DNA of 64,000 nucleotides from Gemmatimonadales bacterium (GTDB taxonomy: Bacteria; Gemmatimonadota; Gemmatimonadetes; Gemmatimonadales; Gemmatimonadaceae). The first letter of the stretch is position 1. Every line of letters starts with the position of its first letter. The position numbers and the translations under genes were made by a program. The notes under the pieces are model-generated. The model was given only the letters and a program-made list of their open reading frames with translations. It searched no databases and was not told where the DNA came from. Shown here piece after piece: positions 18,779 to 28,098 of the stretch. Location: the NCBI GenBank assembly GCA_038224035.1, contig JBBRFQ010000001.1:9140-73139 (forward strand), given 5' to 3'.

Positions 18779-20629
18779 GTGACCTCCATCGAGATGCCTT
18801 TCGTGCGATTCGCTCTGTTGTCGGCCGCTCATTCAGGCCGTGTGTCGTGTGTTGCCGCTCGCTGCGTCGTTGTCGGCGCAATTATCATGAGCGCGTTCAC
18901 GCTCCACCCTTTACACGCGCAAGCGGGTGGCGAGCAGCCCCCCCCACCGCCGCGCTTCGATTCGCTGACGGTCGATCAGACTCGTAGCGCCACGGGCGTG
19001 AGTCGAGCGGTGAGCGCCCAGGGATCGGCGGCTCGCACCGCGCAGGATGCGTTTGAACGCAACCGCCGAGCGGGCTTGCGCTTCTATAACGGTGGTGCGA
19101 ACGCCTCGTGCGAAGTGCAGATCGGGAACCTCTGCTACTGGAACAACAATGGGGACGTGCCGCCCCCGGCGGAACGCACCGATCTGATCATCGAGCGTGA
19201 TCGTCTGCTCGAAACGCTTGCGCAGGCCGCGAGTGCGGATCCGGCCGACGACTGGGTGGCGGGCATGCGCGTGCGATACGCGCTTGAGCAGCAAAAGCTT
19301 CCCATGGCGCTCGCTGCGGCGAGGGAGTGCGGTGGGACGGCGTGGTGGTGTGATGCGCTGCGCGGGTTGGCGTTGCACGTAATGGATCAACATGTTGACG
19401 CATCGTCCGCCTTTGATCGCGCGTTGGCGTCGATGTCGGAATCCACGCGTTGTGAGTGGACCGATCTGACGCCGTGGCTGCCCACGTCGATGCACGAGGC
19501 CTATCGCTCGAAAGGGTGCACGCAGCGGGCTGCAGACAACGGTCGCATCTTGCGAATGTCACAGCCACTGTGGTTGTTGCCCGCCAATGATCTGCGCAAT
19601 GAGCTCTTCTCGCGTCACCTGATCTCTCTCGTGCACGGACAGGGTCGGATTCCTTACGACATGAGCTTCGACGGCTCGATTCCGGCAATTCAGGTGCGCT
19701 ACGGTTGGCCGACTGCGTGGTCCATGCAGACGGCGGGCGCACTCGATCCGCGTCTGCCGAGCATAATCGGCCATGAGCCAACGCCGAGCTACGATTTCAT
19801 ACCGAGCGAGAAGGCCTTGATGTCGCCCTCAACGGCCACCGCCGCCGATTGGGATCCGGCTCGTGAAGACGCGCGCATGCGATATGCAACGCGCTACGCA
19901 ACCGGATTCGCGCCACTGCCTCACCAGATTGCACGTTTCCGTCGCGGCGACTCCACCGTGATCGCGGGTGCGTGGCGCTTGATGCGTGAGCAGCGCATGG
20001 GTCCGGCGCCGTACAACGTCGGCCTTTTCGTGGCCGACGACTCAGGACACGTAATTGCGCGTCAGACGAAGGACAGCGCGGGAGCCAACGGCGCGGTGAT
20101 TGCAACACTGGGGCGCACGCCACGCCTGGTCTCGCTCGAAGTGATTGCGCCGAGTGCGAAGCGCGCGACGCGCGTGCGTACTGCGGTGCAACCGCTCGGC
20201 AGCAATGCGGCCGTGAGCGACATGTTGCTGCTCGCCGGTGGTGACGCCGGTGCGACGCCAACGCTCGAGAGCGTGTCTGCTCGCGCGTGGGGCAGCAACG
20301 ATATTGAGCCGGGGCGCTCATTTGGCTTGTACTGGGAAACGTATGTGCCCGTATCTCCAGCCGCTCCACTGCAGGTGACGGTTCGCGCCACGCGTACGAG
20401 CTCGAGTTTCACGCAGCGCATCGGGAACGCCCTGCGGCTGTCCCGTGCGATGACACCAGTGGCGATCAGCTTTCGCGACGCGGGGCGTCCGGACGGATTA
20501 CCGGGGCGCGCGATCACGTTTACGTGGCCCGAAGTACCGCCGGGCGAGTATCGGCTCACGGTGAAACTGCAGGGCGCCACGAGTGTGGACAGCACGTCGC
20601 AGTTGTTCACCGTGCGCGGATCGCGATAG
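18779..20629 (+). CDS. Hypothetical secreted protein (616 aa), Cys-containing N-terminal half and Ig-like C-terminal domain
   Basis: Long ORF with strong coding bias and a signal-like N-terminus ending HPLHAQA. I could not securely assign a family. The YGWPTAW segment is only faintly reminiscent of GWxTD proteins. Confidence 0.5.
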   Translation: MTSIEMPFVRFALLSAAHSGRVSCVAARCVVVGAIIMSAFTLHPLHAQAGGEQPPPPPRFDSLTVDQTRSATGVSRAVSAQGSAARTAQDAFERNRRAGLRFYNGGANASCEVQIGNLCYWNNNGDVPPPAERTDLIIERDRLLETLAQAASADPADDWVAGMRVRYALEQQKLPMALAAARECGGTAWWCDALRGLALHVMDQHVDASSAFDRALASMSESTRCEWTDLTPWLPTSMHEAYRSKGCTQRAADNGRILRMSQPLWLLPANDLRNELFSRHLISLVHGQGRIPYDMSFDGSIPAIQVRYGWPTAWSMQTAGALDPRLPSIIGHEPTPSYDFIPSEKALMSPSTATAADWDPAREDARMRYATRYATGFAPLPHQIARFRRGDSTVIAGAWRLMREQRMGPAPYNVGLFVADDSGHVIARQTKDSAGANGAVIATLGRTPRLVSLEVIAPSAKRATRVRTAVQPLGSNAAVSDMLLLAGGDAGATPTLESVSARAWGSNDIEPGRSFGLYWETYVPVSPAAPLQVTVRATRTSSSFTQRIGNALRLSRAMTPVAISFRDAGRPDGLPGRAITFTWPEVPPGEYRLTVKLQGATSVDSTSQLFTVRGSR

Positions 20630-20640
20630 CAGGTGGGGCT

Positions 20641-20668
20641 CGGTGCGTGGCGTGTGCGCCGCGCACCG
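20641..20668. terminator. GC-rich hairpin between convergent genes (possible bidirectional terminator, no U-tract)
   Basis: CGGTGCGTGGCG-TGTG-CGCCGCGCACCG forms a 12-bp stem with one G.T pair. It sits between the stops at 20629 and 20682. Confidence 0.35.
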
Positions 20669-20681
20669 GGATCGGGTTGGC

Positions 20682-21272
20682 TCAGCGCGGCGCCATCGTG
20701 CCCATCACGCTCGCGAACCCGAGCGCGACAATCACGCCGACCAGCACATAGGTGAGCATGCCGCTCGTGCCACCTACCCGGCGCAGCAACTGCAACGATT
20801 CGGCCGCGGACATCGGTTGCATCCCAACCACCCGAATCGCCGTGCGTGCGCGTCTGAACAGGAGCCAGTTACCGATGCCGCCGGCGGCAAGACACGCGGC
20901 AAGTTGCACGGCCAGAATCATCAATGCTGCCTGCTGATTCTCCGGTTTGGCCAACTCCTCGGGTGCGATTGATCGTGCGCCTGGCACGAGCCATTCCAGC
21001 AGCGCATTGGGGATGAAGTAAAACGCCGCAAACCACACGTACATCTTGCGATAGAGAAACCAGAACGGCATCGCAAAAAATGCCGACCAGTTCCAGGTGG
21101 GAACGAACGACGAATCGTCGACAAACACCGCCAGCTTCTGGCGATACGATCGCTCCCAGCGCGGCCCGATGAATGCGCCGAGCCGTTCCTCGAACTCGAC
21201 GCTTCCGGGCGCGCGCATGGCCGTGGCAGCACCGTTCGGTGTCGAGGTCGAGTTGTTCGGTTCGTCGGGCAT
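20682..21272 (-). CDS. DUF2628-like small membrane protein
   Basis: WNWSAFFAMPFWFLYRKMYVW matches the DUF2628 signature. The start was set at ATG MPDEPNN, 8 nt after the aguA stop. Confidence 0.65.
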   Translation of the reverse strand: MPDEPNNSTSTPNGAATAMRAPGSVEFEERLGAFIGPRWERSYRQKLAVFVDDSSFVPTWNWSAFFAMPFWFLYRKMYVWFAAFYFIPNALLEWLVPGARSIAPEELAKPENQQAALMILAVQLAACLAAGGIGNWLLFRRARTAIRVVGMQPMSAAESLQLLRRVGGTSGMLTYVLVGVIVALGFASVMGTMAPR

Positions 21273-21280
21273 CTTCTGAG

Positions 21281-22378
21281 TCACGGCGTGCGGGCAGACG
21301 GCTGTTGCTGCGTGAGACAATGCAACGTTCCGAGCCCCCAGACGAGATCGACAGCGTGAATGCCCACTACGCGTCGTGTCGGGAACAGATCAGCGAGGAT
21401 ATTGAGCGCCAATCGATCGTTCGGGTCATTGAACGTCGGTACGAGTACTACGCCGTTCGCGATGTAAAAGTTTGCGTAACTCGCCGGCAATCGCTGTCCA
21501 TCCATGACCACGGCGCGCGGATAGGGGAGCGTGACCACGCGCACTGGCTCCCCGCGTGCGTCGCGTGCGTGCTGCAGTCGCTGCAGGTTGTCGAGCGATC
21601 GGCGATGATTGTCGTCCGCGGGATCTTCTTCGTGCGCGAGCACGATGAGTCCCGGCGCCACAAACCGCGCGATGTCGTCCACGTGGCCGTGCGTGTCGTC
21701 ACCCACGCACCCTTCACCGAGCCAAATCGTATGCGAGATGCCAAGGGTATCGGCGAAGACGCGCTCGTAGTCGGCTCGCCCGAGTCCGGGATTGCGCACC
21801 TGCACATCAGAGAGCAGCCACTCTTCCGTCACCAGCAGGGTGCCGAGTCCGTCTGTTTCAATCCCGCCGCCCTCAAGCACGAGCGGTGCGCCGGTATCCG
21901 GGCGCGTCGCCTGCACCAGCGGCAAGCCGCTCACCGTGTGTACGATGTCCGGAATGCGACGGTCGTGCTCGAAATTGTCGTACTTGGCCCAGGCGTTGAA
22001 GTCCCAGCGCATCAGCGAGACGAGCCCGAGTGGATCCTGCACGCCCGTGGGCCCGCTATCGCGCAGCCAGACGCGATCGGTAGGCGCACGGTGCAGGCGA
22101 TACGTGTCGGGCGGCACGGCGTGCATGTCGAGGCACGCTGCGGCGTCTTCGCGCACGGCATCATCGTGGCACACGATGTCCACGAGCTCACTACCCGAGA
22201 TCGCCCGCACGATTTCCGCGTACACCCAGGGGATCGGCTCGAACTTGCCGGGCCAGTCGGGCTCATGATGCGGCCACGCAATCCACGTGGCGTCATGTGG
22301 CTCCCACTCAGCGGGCATTCGCCACACGCCACGCGGATTGATGACGTCCGGAGTGGGCAGCGTCTCGATTGGTGTCAT
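21281..22378 (-). CDS. aguA: Agmatine deiminase
   Basis: MPAEWEPHDATWIAWPH, FNAWAKYDNF, DDTHGHVDDIARF and the C-terminal GTLHCLTQQQP catalytic Cys motif. Confidence 0.85.
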   Translation of the reverse strand: MTPIETLPTPDVINPRGVWRMPAEWEPHDATWIAWPHHEPDWPGKFEPIPWVYAEIVRAISGSELVDIVCHDDAVREDAAACLDMHAVPPDTYRLHRAPTDRVWLRDSGPTGVQDPLGLVSLMRWDFNAWAKYDNFEHDRRIPDIVHTVSGLPLVQATRPDTGAPLVLEGGGIETDGLGTLLVTEEWLLSDVQVRNPGLGRADYERVFADTLGISHTIWLGEGCVGDDTHGHVDDIARFVAPGLIVLAHEEDPADDNHRRSLDNLQRLQHARDARGEPVRVVTLPYPRAVVMDGQRLPASYANFYIANGVVLVPTFNDPNDRLALNILADLFPTRRVVGIHAVDLVWGLGTLHCLTQQQPSARTP

Positions 22379-22387
22379 GGCGTGCGT

Positions 22388-23311
22388 CTACTCCCCGAGC
22401 CAGCGCTGAAGGATCGGGCCGTACGCATCGATGCGACGATCCCGAAGAAACGGCCAGTTGCGGCGCGTCTCTTCGATCAGGTTGAGATCGCACTCCGCGA
22501 CGAGCACTGCCGGATCTGTACCCGCCTCGGCGAGGTATCGACCAAACGGGTCGGCGATGAACGATTGACCAAAAAACTCAATGCCGTCCGTGCCGGCTTC
22601 GGCCTCGAAGCCCACGCGATTGGGCGATGCCACGAACACGCCATTGGCGATCGCGTGCGAGCGCTGCATGGTGCGCCACGCGTCGACCTGCGGGGTGCCG
22701 AACGTGGATTTTTCGGCTGGATGCCAACCGATCGCCGTGGGATAGAAGAGAATCTCCGCGCCAAGCAGGGACGTGATGCGCGCGCCTTCGGGAAACCACT
22801 GATCCCAGCAAATGAGCACGCCGATGTCGGCGTATTTCGTACGCCACATGCGAAAGCCGTTGATGCCCGGATGCCGATCGGTGCGCAGGTCAGCTCCCAC
22901 GTCGCCCGGCGCGAAATAGTATTTCTCTTCGAAGAGTGGGTCATGCGGGATATGCATCTTGCGATACGTGCCGAGCAGCGCGCCGTCCGCGTCAATCACG
23001 CACGCCGAGTTGCGATACAGGCCGGCCGCCTGGCGCTCATAGATGGGCACCACGAGTACGACGGCGAGTTCTTTCGCGACGGCCTGCAGCGCGTGCACGG
23101 TGTCACCGGCAATCGGCTCGGCGAGATCAAAGCGGTCCAGCTTGAGTGATTTGCAGAAGTACGGTGCATTGAACAGCTCCTGCATCGCAATGATCTGCGC
23201 ACCACGCGCGGCAGCTTCACGCACGCGGGTGATCGTACGCGCAAGGTTGGCAGCACGGTCATCACTGGCGGTCTCCTGGATGAGACCGACGGACACGGGG
23301 CGTCGGGACAT
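22388..23311 (-). CDS. aguB: N-carbamoylputrescine amidase (carbon-nitrogen hydrolase family)
   Basis: Nitrilase-superfamily pattern (MQELF...YRKMHIP...ICWDQWFPE). It is adjacent to aguA. The start was set at ATG MSRRPVSVGLIQ. Confidence 0.8.
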   Translation of the reverse strand: MSRRPVSVGLIQETASDDRAANLARTITRVREAAARGAQIIAMQELFNAPYFCKSLKLDRFDLAEPIAGDTVHALQAVAKELAVVLVVPIYERQAAGLYRNSACVIDADGALLGTYRKMHIPHDPLFEEKYYFAPGDVGADLRTDRHPGINGFRMWRTKYADIGVLICWDQWFPEGARITSLLGAEILFYPTAIGWHPAEKSTFGTPQVDAWRTMQRSHAIANGVFVASPNRVGFEAEAGTDGIEFFGQSFIADPFGRYLAEAGTDPAVLVAECDLNLIEETRRNWPFLRDRRIDAYGPILQRWLGE

Positions 23312-23422
23312 GGCGCGTGGGGCTCGGGACGAAGCGGCGCGCGGACAGGCGCGAGGACAATCATCAAAGTTCGCCGAGTGCAAACGCTGGGGGTAGGTCT
23401 GCCGCTTCGATCCGGGAGCTCG

Positions 23423-24202
23423 CTACTGCTTCGATGACGTCGCCACACGCGCTCGCAACGCGTCCGGCTCGGGAACGGGCTGGTCGAGCAGCGGCGTGAG
23501 ATAGCACCACAGCACGCGGCGGAGGTCGTCAAGCAGCGGTTTTTTTTCGGCGCTTGCGGCCCGGTCGCGCCGCGCCAGCAACGACTGCCCAATCGATGCA
23601 GCGACCAGTGCGGCGCGCCGCCGCTCCCGGGCGGGCAGCTTCGGATTGCGAGCCGCGAAGAGCAAATCGAGTCGATCGACGATGGAGTCGAAGAGCTGCG
23701 CTCGAATACGATTGGGCGCCGCGCCGGTCGAGTCGACGGGGGCATCCGCCGTCATGAACACGCGTCGAAAGGCCGGATTTCTGTCGTGAAACGAAGCCAA
23801 CGGTCGTACGATGCGATCGATGAGCCGATCAAGCGGCATTCCGCGCGGATCGGTGGCAAACGCCTTCTCGTGGATTCTCCGGAGTTCATCGGCGAATCGC
23901 AGGGCAAGCGCGGCCACCACGGCGTCGCGATTCGGAAAGAATTGATAAAGCGAGCCTTTGGCCGTGCGCGCTCGCAGCGCAATCGCTTCGGCGGTGGCCG
24001 CATGGAGACCGTGCTCGGCGATCACCTCAGCGGCCGCATCGAGCAGCAGGTCAACGCGCTGCTGGCCGCGGATCTGCCGGGGTTTGCGGCGGTAAGTCGC
24101 GTCGGGCTCGTCGGCGCGCGTGGGTGCATCAGCGGGCCGTTCAGCGCTCGCTCGGGGAACGGTGTCGCGCGCGGGGGGACGCTTGGGCGGACGAGTGGGC
24201 AT
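23423..24202 (-). CDS. TetR/AcrR family transcriptional regulator
   Basis: Helix-turn-helix region LLDAAAEVIAEHGLHAATAEAIALRARTAKGSLYQFFPNRDAV, preceded by a Pro/Arg-rich N-terminal tail. Confidence 0.85.
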   Translation of the reverse strand: MPTRPPKRPPARDTVPRASAERPADAPTRADEPDATYRRKPRQIRGQQRVDLLLDAAAEVIAEHGLHAATAEAIALRARTAKGSLYQFFPNRDAVVAALALRFADELRRIHEKAFATDPRGMPLDRLIDRIVRPLASFHDRNPAFRRVFMTADAPVDSTGAAPNRIRAQLFDSIVDRLDLLFAARNPKLPARERRRAALVAASIGQSLLARRDRAASAEKKPLLDDLRRVLWCYLTPLLDQPVPEPDALRARVATSSKQ

Positions 24203-24385
24203 GCCGGGGTGAACGGGGGAGAGGGCTGCGGCGAATATCGCCCTTCAGACCCACTGAACACAACATGACGTTCGCGTCGTATTGCAAACATGACAGTGCC
24301 GTCGTGTTTTGGAGGACGGGCGAACGCGTCGGTCAGCGCATGCTGTGTCGATTTCCCCGCCGCGACGCAACGGAGAACGCTGGCG

Positions 24386-25981
24386 TCAAGCGCGACCGGG
24401 AGTTCGGCCCGGCCACCAGAGGAACGCCGACTCGTCGTCGGAAGGTGAACGCGAGATCCGGTCGCGCGGCGTGTCGGCACGAAGGAAGACCAGCACGATA
24501 TCCATGACATTCGTGCCGGTCGGTCCGGTGCGCAGTAGCGCGCTGGCCGCGTCCAGCGCACGGTAGCTGCGCAGGCGCTGCAGATCGCGCGCCGGATCGC
24601 GTCCGGCGCGTCGTATGAGCAGCGCGGAGTTCGCATCCACGATGGCGCCCGCCGCATCCGTCGGGCCGTCGCGTCCATCGGTGCCGGCGGCGAGTATCGT
24701 GATGCGCTGCGCGTCGTCACGTGTCTCGACGGCGCCGTCGAGCACCAGAGCGGCGGCCAGGGCGAGCGCTTGCATGCGCCCGCCGAGCGGCGCCTCACCG
24801 CGTGATGGATCACCCGGCCGCGGTGGTGTGAGCAAGCGCGCGTATGCACGCTGGGGATTCTCATCGGCGATGGCCGTCGACGAGGCGTCGTTTGGTGGCT
24901 CTTCATCATCGTCACCGAACAGACGGCGCGCATCGTGCATATTGACCACAGTAGGCTCACCGCCGAACACCATGAGTGCCGCGCCAGCGTGACGTCGGGC
25001 CACGGAGAGCGCGGCTTGCGCAATCGCTCCGCCGAGCGATTCGGCTTCGCCTTCAAGCGGCAAGTCCACCATCTCCGCGTGCTCGATCCCGGCATTCAGC
25101 GCGGCGCGTACTGCGGCCTGTTGCGCTTCGGCGTTGCAGGCAATCACCTCGTAGGTGACGCGCTCGAACGCCGGATGTGTGGGCGACGGTGGAATTACGG
25201 CAACATGATCGCTGCCTTCGAGGCCGAGCGCCCGCGCAATCGGCGCGGGAAACGCCGAGCGCAGTCCGAATGCGTCACATAATCCGAGCACCGTGGAGTA
25301 AAGCAGTGGATCGGCTGTACAGGGCCCCGAGCCGATCACCGCGGGATCGTCGCCGATCACGTCGGAAAAAGCCAGGACGTGCGTCGCGCGCGCGCCGCGT
25401 GCATGGATGGCCGTGGCGAGCCGGCCACCGCCCCATCGCAGGAGTCGACGCCGAATCGCATTCATCTGATGAATTGCCAGTCCGCGCTCCATCATCTGCT
25501 GCATGGCAGTCGCGAGGTGCGTCTGCGCCTCCGCCGGATGACCGACGAGCGCGACGAGTTCGGCACACGGTGCGGCGCACAGCGATGTGGCGCCTCCGGA
25601 CAGCAGCACCAACACGTCATCATCGACATTGATCTCGGCGATCGCGTTCGCGATGGCATCGGCGGCCGCTAAGGAGCCGATGTCGGGCAAAGGATGATCG
25701 CCTACTCTGAGTGGCAACGGTCCGCCCACGTAATCATTCGGACGGTGCGCGGCGATCACCAAGCCACCGGCCAACGGGGTACCGGCCTCCCGCAGCGCGC
25801 CGAGCGCTCCGGTCGCCATCTCGGGGGCGGCCTTACCGAGCGCAAACACGTGCACCGGCGATGCGGTGCCACGCGTCTGAAGCCAATCGCGCGCACGATC
25901 GTGTGCACGCGGGAACGGCGACACGCCCTGAATGGCCGCGCGATGCAGTGCGGTCAACAGGGCGTGCGGTGTATCTGTCAT
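24386..25981 (-). CDS. MOFRL-family glycerate 2-kinase / hydroxypyruvate-reductase-like protein (DUF4147 + MOFRL) with an internal insertion
   Basis: LLSGGATSL, FGGEPTV, AAGTDGRDGPTDAAGA and TGPTGTNVMD are family motifs. About 50 extra acidic/Pro-rich residues lie between GGEPTV and the GGR(M)Q motif. Confidence 0.7.
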   Translation of the reverse strand: MTDTPHALLTALHRAAIQGVSPFPRAHDRARDWLQTRGTASPVHVFALGKAAPEMATGALGALREAGTPLAGGLVIAAHRPNDYVGGPLPLRVGDHPLPDIGSLAAADAIANAIAEINVDDDVLVLLSGGATSLCAAPCAELVALVGHPAEAQTHLATAMQQMMERGLAIHQMNAIRRRLLRWGGGRLATAIHARGARATHVLAFSDVIGDDPAVIGSGPCTADPLLYSTVLGLCDAFGLRSAFPAPIARALGLEGSDHVAVIPPSPTHPAFERVTYEVIACNAEAQQAAVRAALNAGIEHAEMVDLPLEGEAESLGGAIAQAALSVARRHAGAALMVFGGEPTVVNMHDARRLFGDDDEEPPNDASSTAIADENPQRAYARLLTPPRPGDPSRGEAPLGGRMQALALAAALVLDGAVETRDDAQRITILAAGTDGRDGPTDAAGAIVDANSALLIRRAGRDPARDLQRLRSYRALDAASALLRTGPTGTNVMDIVLVFLRADTPRDRISRSPSDDESAFLWWPGRTPGRA

Positions 25982-25990
25982 CAGTGTGCG

Positions 25991-26575
25991 TCAGCGCGCG
26001 ACTTTCTTGATCGCCACGTCGAGTTCATCGTAGGCGTCCTGCGCCATCGCGCGAAAGCTGGTCGCGTAGCTGATCTTGCCGTCGGGACCAATGACGTACA
26101 GGTAGCGCTTGTGATAGCCTGTTTCGGTGGCCGCATGGTAGAGGGCGCCGACTTTCTTGTCGGTGTCCGCACCCATCGCGAACTGGAATCCATCATCCTT
26201 GGCCCAGGCCGTGAGATCAGCGCCATTGTCGGTGCTGATACCAACCAGCGTGACGTTCTTGCCGTTGAGGAACATGCTTTCGTACTTGTCGCGGTACGTG
26301 TGCATCTGCGCGGTGCAGCCGCTGGTGCGGGCTTTCGGGAAAAAGGCCAACACCACCGTCTCCCCGCGATGCTCGGAGAGCTTGAACGGCTTGGCGGTGG
26401 GTCCGGCCTGCGTCACGGTCGTCAGTGTGAAGTCGGGCGCGATGTCACCAACGCTGAGCAGCGAGGCTGCCGGCGCCTGCGCGTGCAGCGGCAAAAGCGA
26501 GGGCGCGACAATCAGCACCGCTGCGGCCAGGAACGATCGGGAACGAAGCATTGAACAAGACTCCATGAAGGGCAA
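25991..26575 (-). CDS. Secreted peroxiredoxin (AhpC/TSA-Bcp type)
   Basis: Signal peptide, APDFTL, the peroxidatic Cys context FFPKARTSGCT and GISTD. Confidence 0.8.
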   Translation of the reverse strand: MPFMESCSMLRSRSFLAAAVLIVAPSLLPLHAQAPAASLLSVGDIAPDFTLTTVTQAGPTAKPFKLSEHRGETVVLAFFPKARTSGCTAQMHTYRDKYESMFLNGKNVTLVGISTDNGADLTAWAKDDGFQFAMGADTDKKVGALYHAATETGYHKRYLYVIGPDGKISYATSFRAMAQDAYDELDVAIKKVAR

Positions 26576-26823
26576 AATTGCGTGGGCGAATCAGTACAGC
26601 ACGGAAGATACCCCCGAAACCGTGGACACGTTCGGGGCTGTCGGTGTCCGCAGGACGGGACGGGTCATGTGCCGACAAAAGGACAATGCTCGGTGACCCC
26701 CGGCACGTTTCCTCTGCCACGTCCTCCCGATACGGGTGATTCGCGGTGGCACGGCTTGTGCTCTGTCAGTGGGTAACGCTGGCCTGCGTGGTCAGCGGCA
26801 CGATCTTCTTTCCGAGGTGCACC

Positions 26824-27408
26824 ATGGCTACTTCTTCGTTAACGTTTGCGCTGCTAGCGTCAGTTGTTGCCGTCACCGCGTGCGGCGGCCGCGACACTCG
26901 CGCCCTTGACGCCGCACTCCAGTCGGATCTCGCCATGGCCTCCACCGCGCCCGGCCTGCGATCGGCGTATGTCAGTCCCATGGAGATGGGCTATCCACAG
27001 GGCTACGCGCCGCCTGGCTATGCACCGGGTTACCCGCCGCAGCCGTACGGCTACCCAACGCCGTACCCGCAGCCGGGGTACCCGCAGCCGTACCCGCCGC
27101 AGCCCTACGGCTATCCACAGCCTGCGCCCGCCCGCGCACCGCAGCAGGTTGTGTATCGGGCGCCCGCCCCGTCGGGATCCGGCACCGTTCGTTCAGGATC
27201 CGGCACTGGTACGAGTGGCGGAACCGGTGCCGGTCAGGCCACCGAGCGGAATACGCAGCGGGGCGCGATCATCGGTGCTGCCACCGGCGCGGCGGTCGGG
27301 ATTGCCACGCAGCGCGACAAGGTGAAGGGTGGCGCTGTTGGCGCGGTGGCCGGTGCGGTGCTTGGCGGCGTCGTGGGCTCGCAGATCTACACCAAGCCGA
27401 GACCGTAG
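26824..27408 (+). CDS. Pro/Tyr/Gly-rich lipoprotein with C-terminal glycine-zipper domain
   Basis: Lipoprotein signal MATSSLTFALLASVVAVTAC, a PY-rich repeat block, and a C-terminal GAIIGAATGAAVG...GGAVGAVAGAVLGGVVG zipper. The start was set at ATG 26824. Confidence 0.6.
   Translation: MATSSLTFALLASVVAVTACGGRDTRALDAALQSDLAMASTAPGLRSAYVSPMEMGYPQGYAPPGYAPGYPPQPYGYPTPYPQPGYPQPYPPQPYGYPQPAPARAPQQVVYRAPAPSGSGTVRSGSGTGTSGGTGAGQATERNTQRGAIIGAATGAAVGIATQRDKVKGGAVGAVAGAVLGGVVGSQIYTKPRP
26989..27126 (+). repeat. Imperfect in-frame tandem repeats encoding (G)YP(Q/P)P-type units
   Basis: The DNA reads ...ccgcagccgtacggctaccca...ccgtacccgcagccggggtacccgcagccgtacccgccgcagccctacggctatccacag. It encodes GYPQGYAPPGYAPGYPPQPYGYPTPYPQPGYPQPYPPQPYGYPQPAP. 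Confidence 0.6.
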
Positions 27409-27546
27409 CGAAATGGACCTGGGTCGACGTGCTGTTGGCACAGCTGAGCCAGCCGCTTGACGGGCCGGCCCGATACTTTAATAGTATCCGTGTTCCGGCT
27501 TCCCGGCTCCAGCTACAGTTTCATTCCACGCAGGTGCGGCAACGCA

Positions 27547-28098
27547 ATGAGCTACCTCGTCAAGCCCGCGGCTCCACATCACATTCCGGCGCTGTCGGAA
27601 ATCGAGCGTGCTGCCGCGACGCTGTTTACGACTGAAGACTTGCCGGAGTTGTTACGGAACGAGGTCATCGCGGCACAGCGATTTGAGGATGCCCAGCGCG
27701 ACGATCGGTTGTGGGTCGCCGTCGATTCAGCTGATCAACCGGTGGGTTTTCTGTTGGCCGACGTCGTGGACGACACACTGCACATTGCGGAAATGGCCGT
27801 GCATCCGGAACACGCGCGCCGTGGCTTGGGAGCGACGTTGCTTCGACATATGTTGCTCGTCGCGGAACATCACGGGCACCACGCGGTGACATTGACCACG
27901 TTCTCGCATGTCGCGTGGAACGCACCGTTTTATCAACGGCAGGGATTTGTGGTGCTGGGCGATGACGAATGTGGGCCTGAGTTGCGCGCCTCGCTGGAGC
28001 AAGAGGGCGCACGCGGGCTCAGTCACCGCGTTGCGATGCGTCGACAGGTACGTCGCGCCGAACGCACGACACACTGGGCGGAACGAGGCAACTCCTGA
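27547..28098 (+). CDS. GNAT family N-acetyltransferase
   Basis: Acetyl-CoA binding motif AVHPEHARRGLGATLL and a typical size of 183 aa. The start was set at ATG MSYLVKP. The stop TGA at 28096-28098 is 20 nt from the palindrome axis. Confidence 0.85.
   Translation: MSYLVKPAAPHHIPALSEIERAAATLFTTEDLPELLRNEVIAAQRFEDAQRDDRLWVAVDSADQPVGFLLADVVDDTLHIAEMAVHPEHARRGLGATLLRHMLLVAEHHGHHAVTLTTFSHVAWNAPFYQRQGFVVLGDDECGPELRASLEQEGARGLSHRVAMRRQVRRAERTTHWAERGNS

Noticed and set aside
21173-23149. A 658-aa ORF on the + strand (mirror 33088..35064) opposite aguA and aguB.
   Set aside because: It is antisense to two genes with unmistakable catalytic motifs. The composition is Arg/His/Ala-rich and no domain is recognisable. 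This is the typical long antisense open frame of high-GC DNA.
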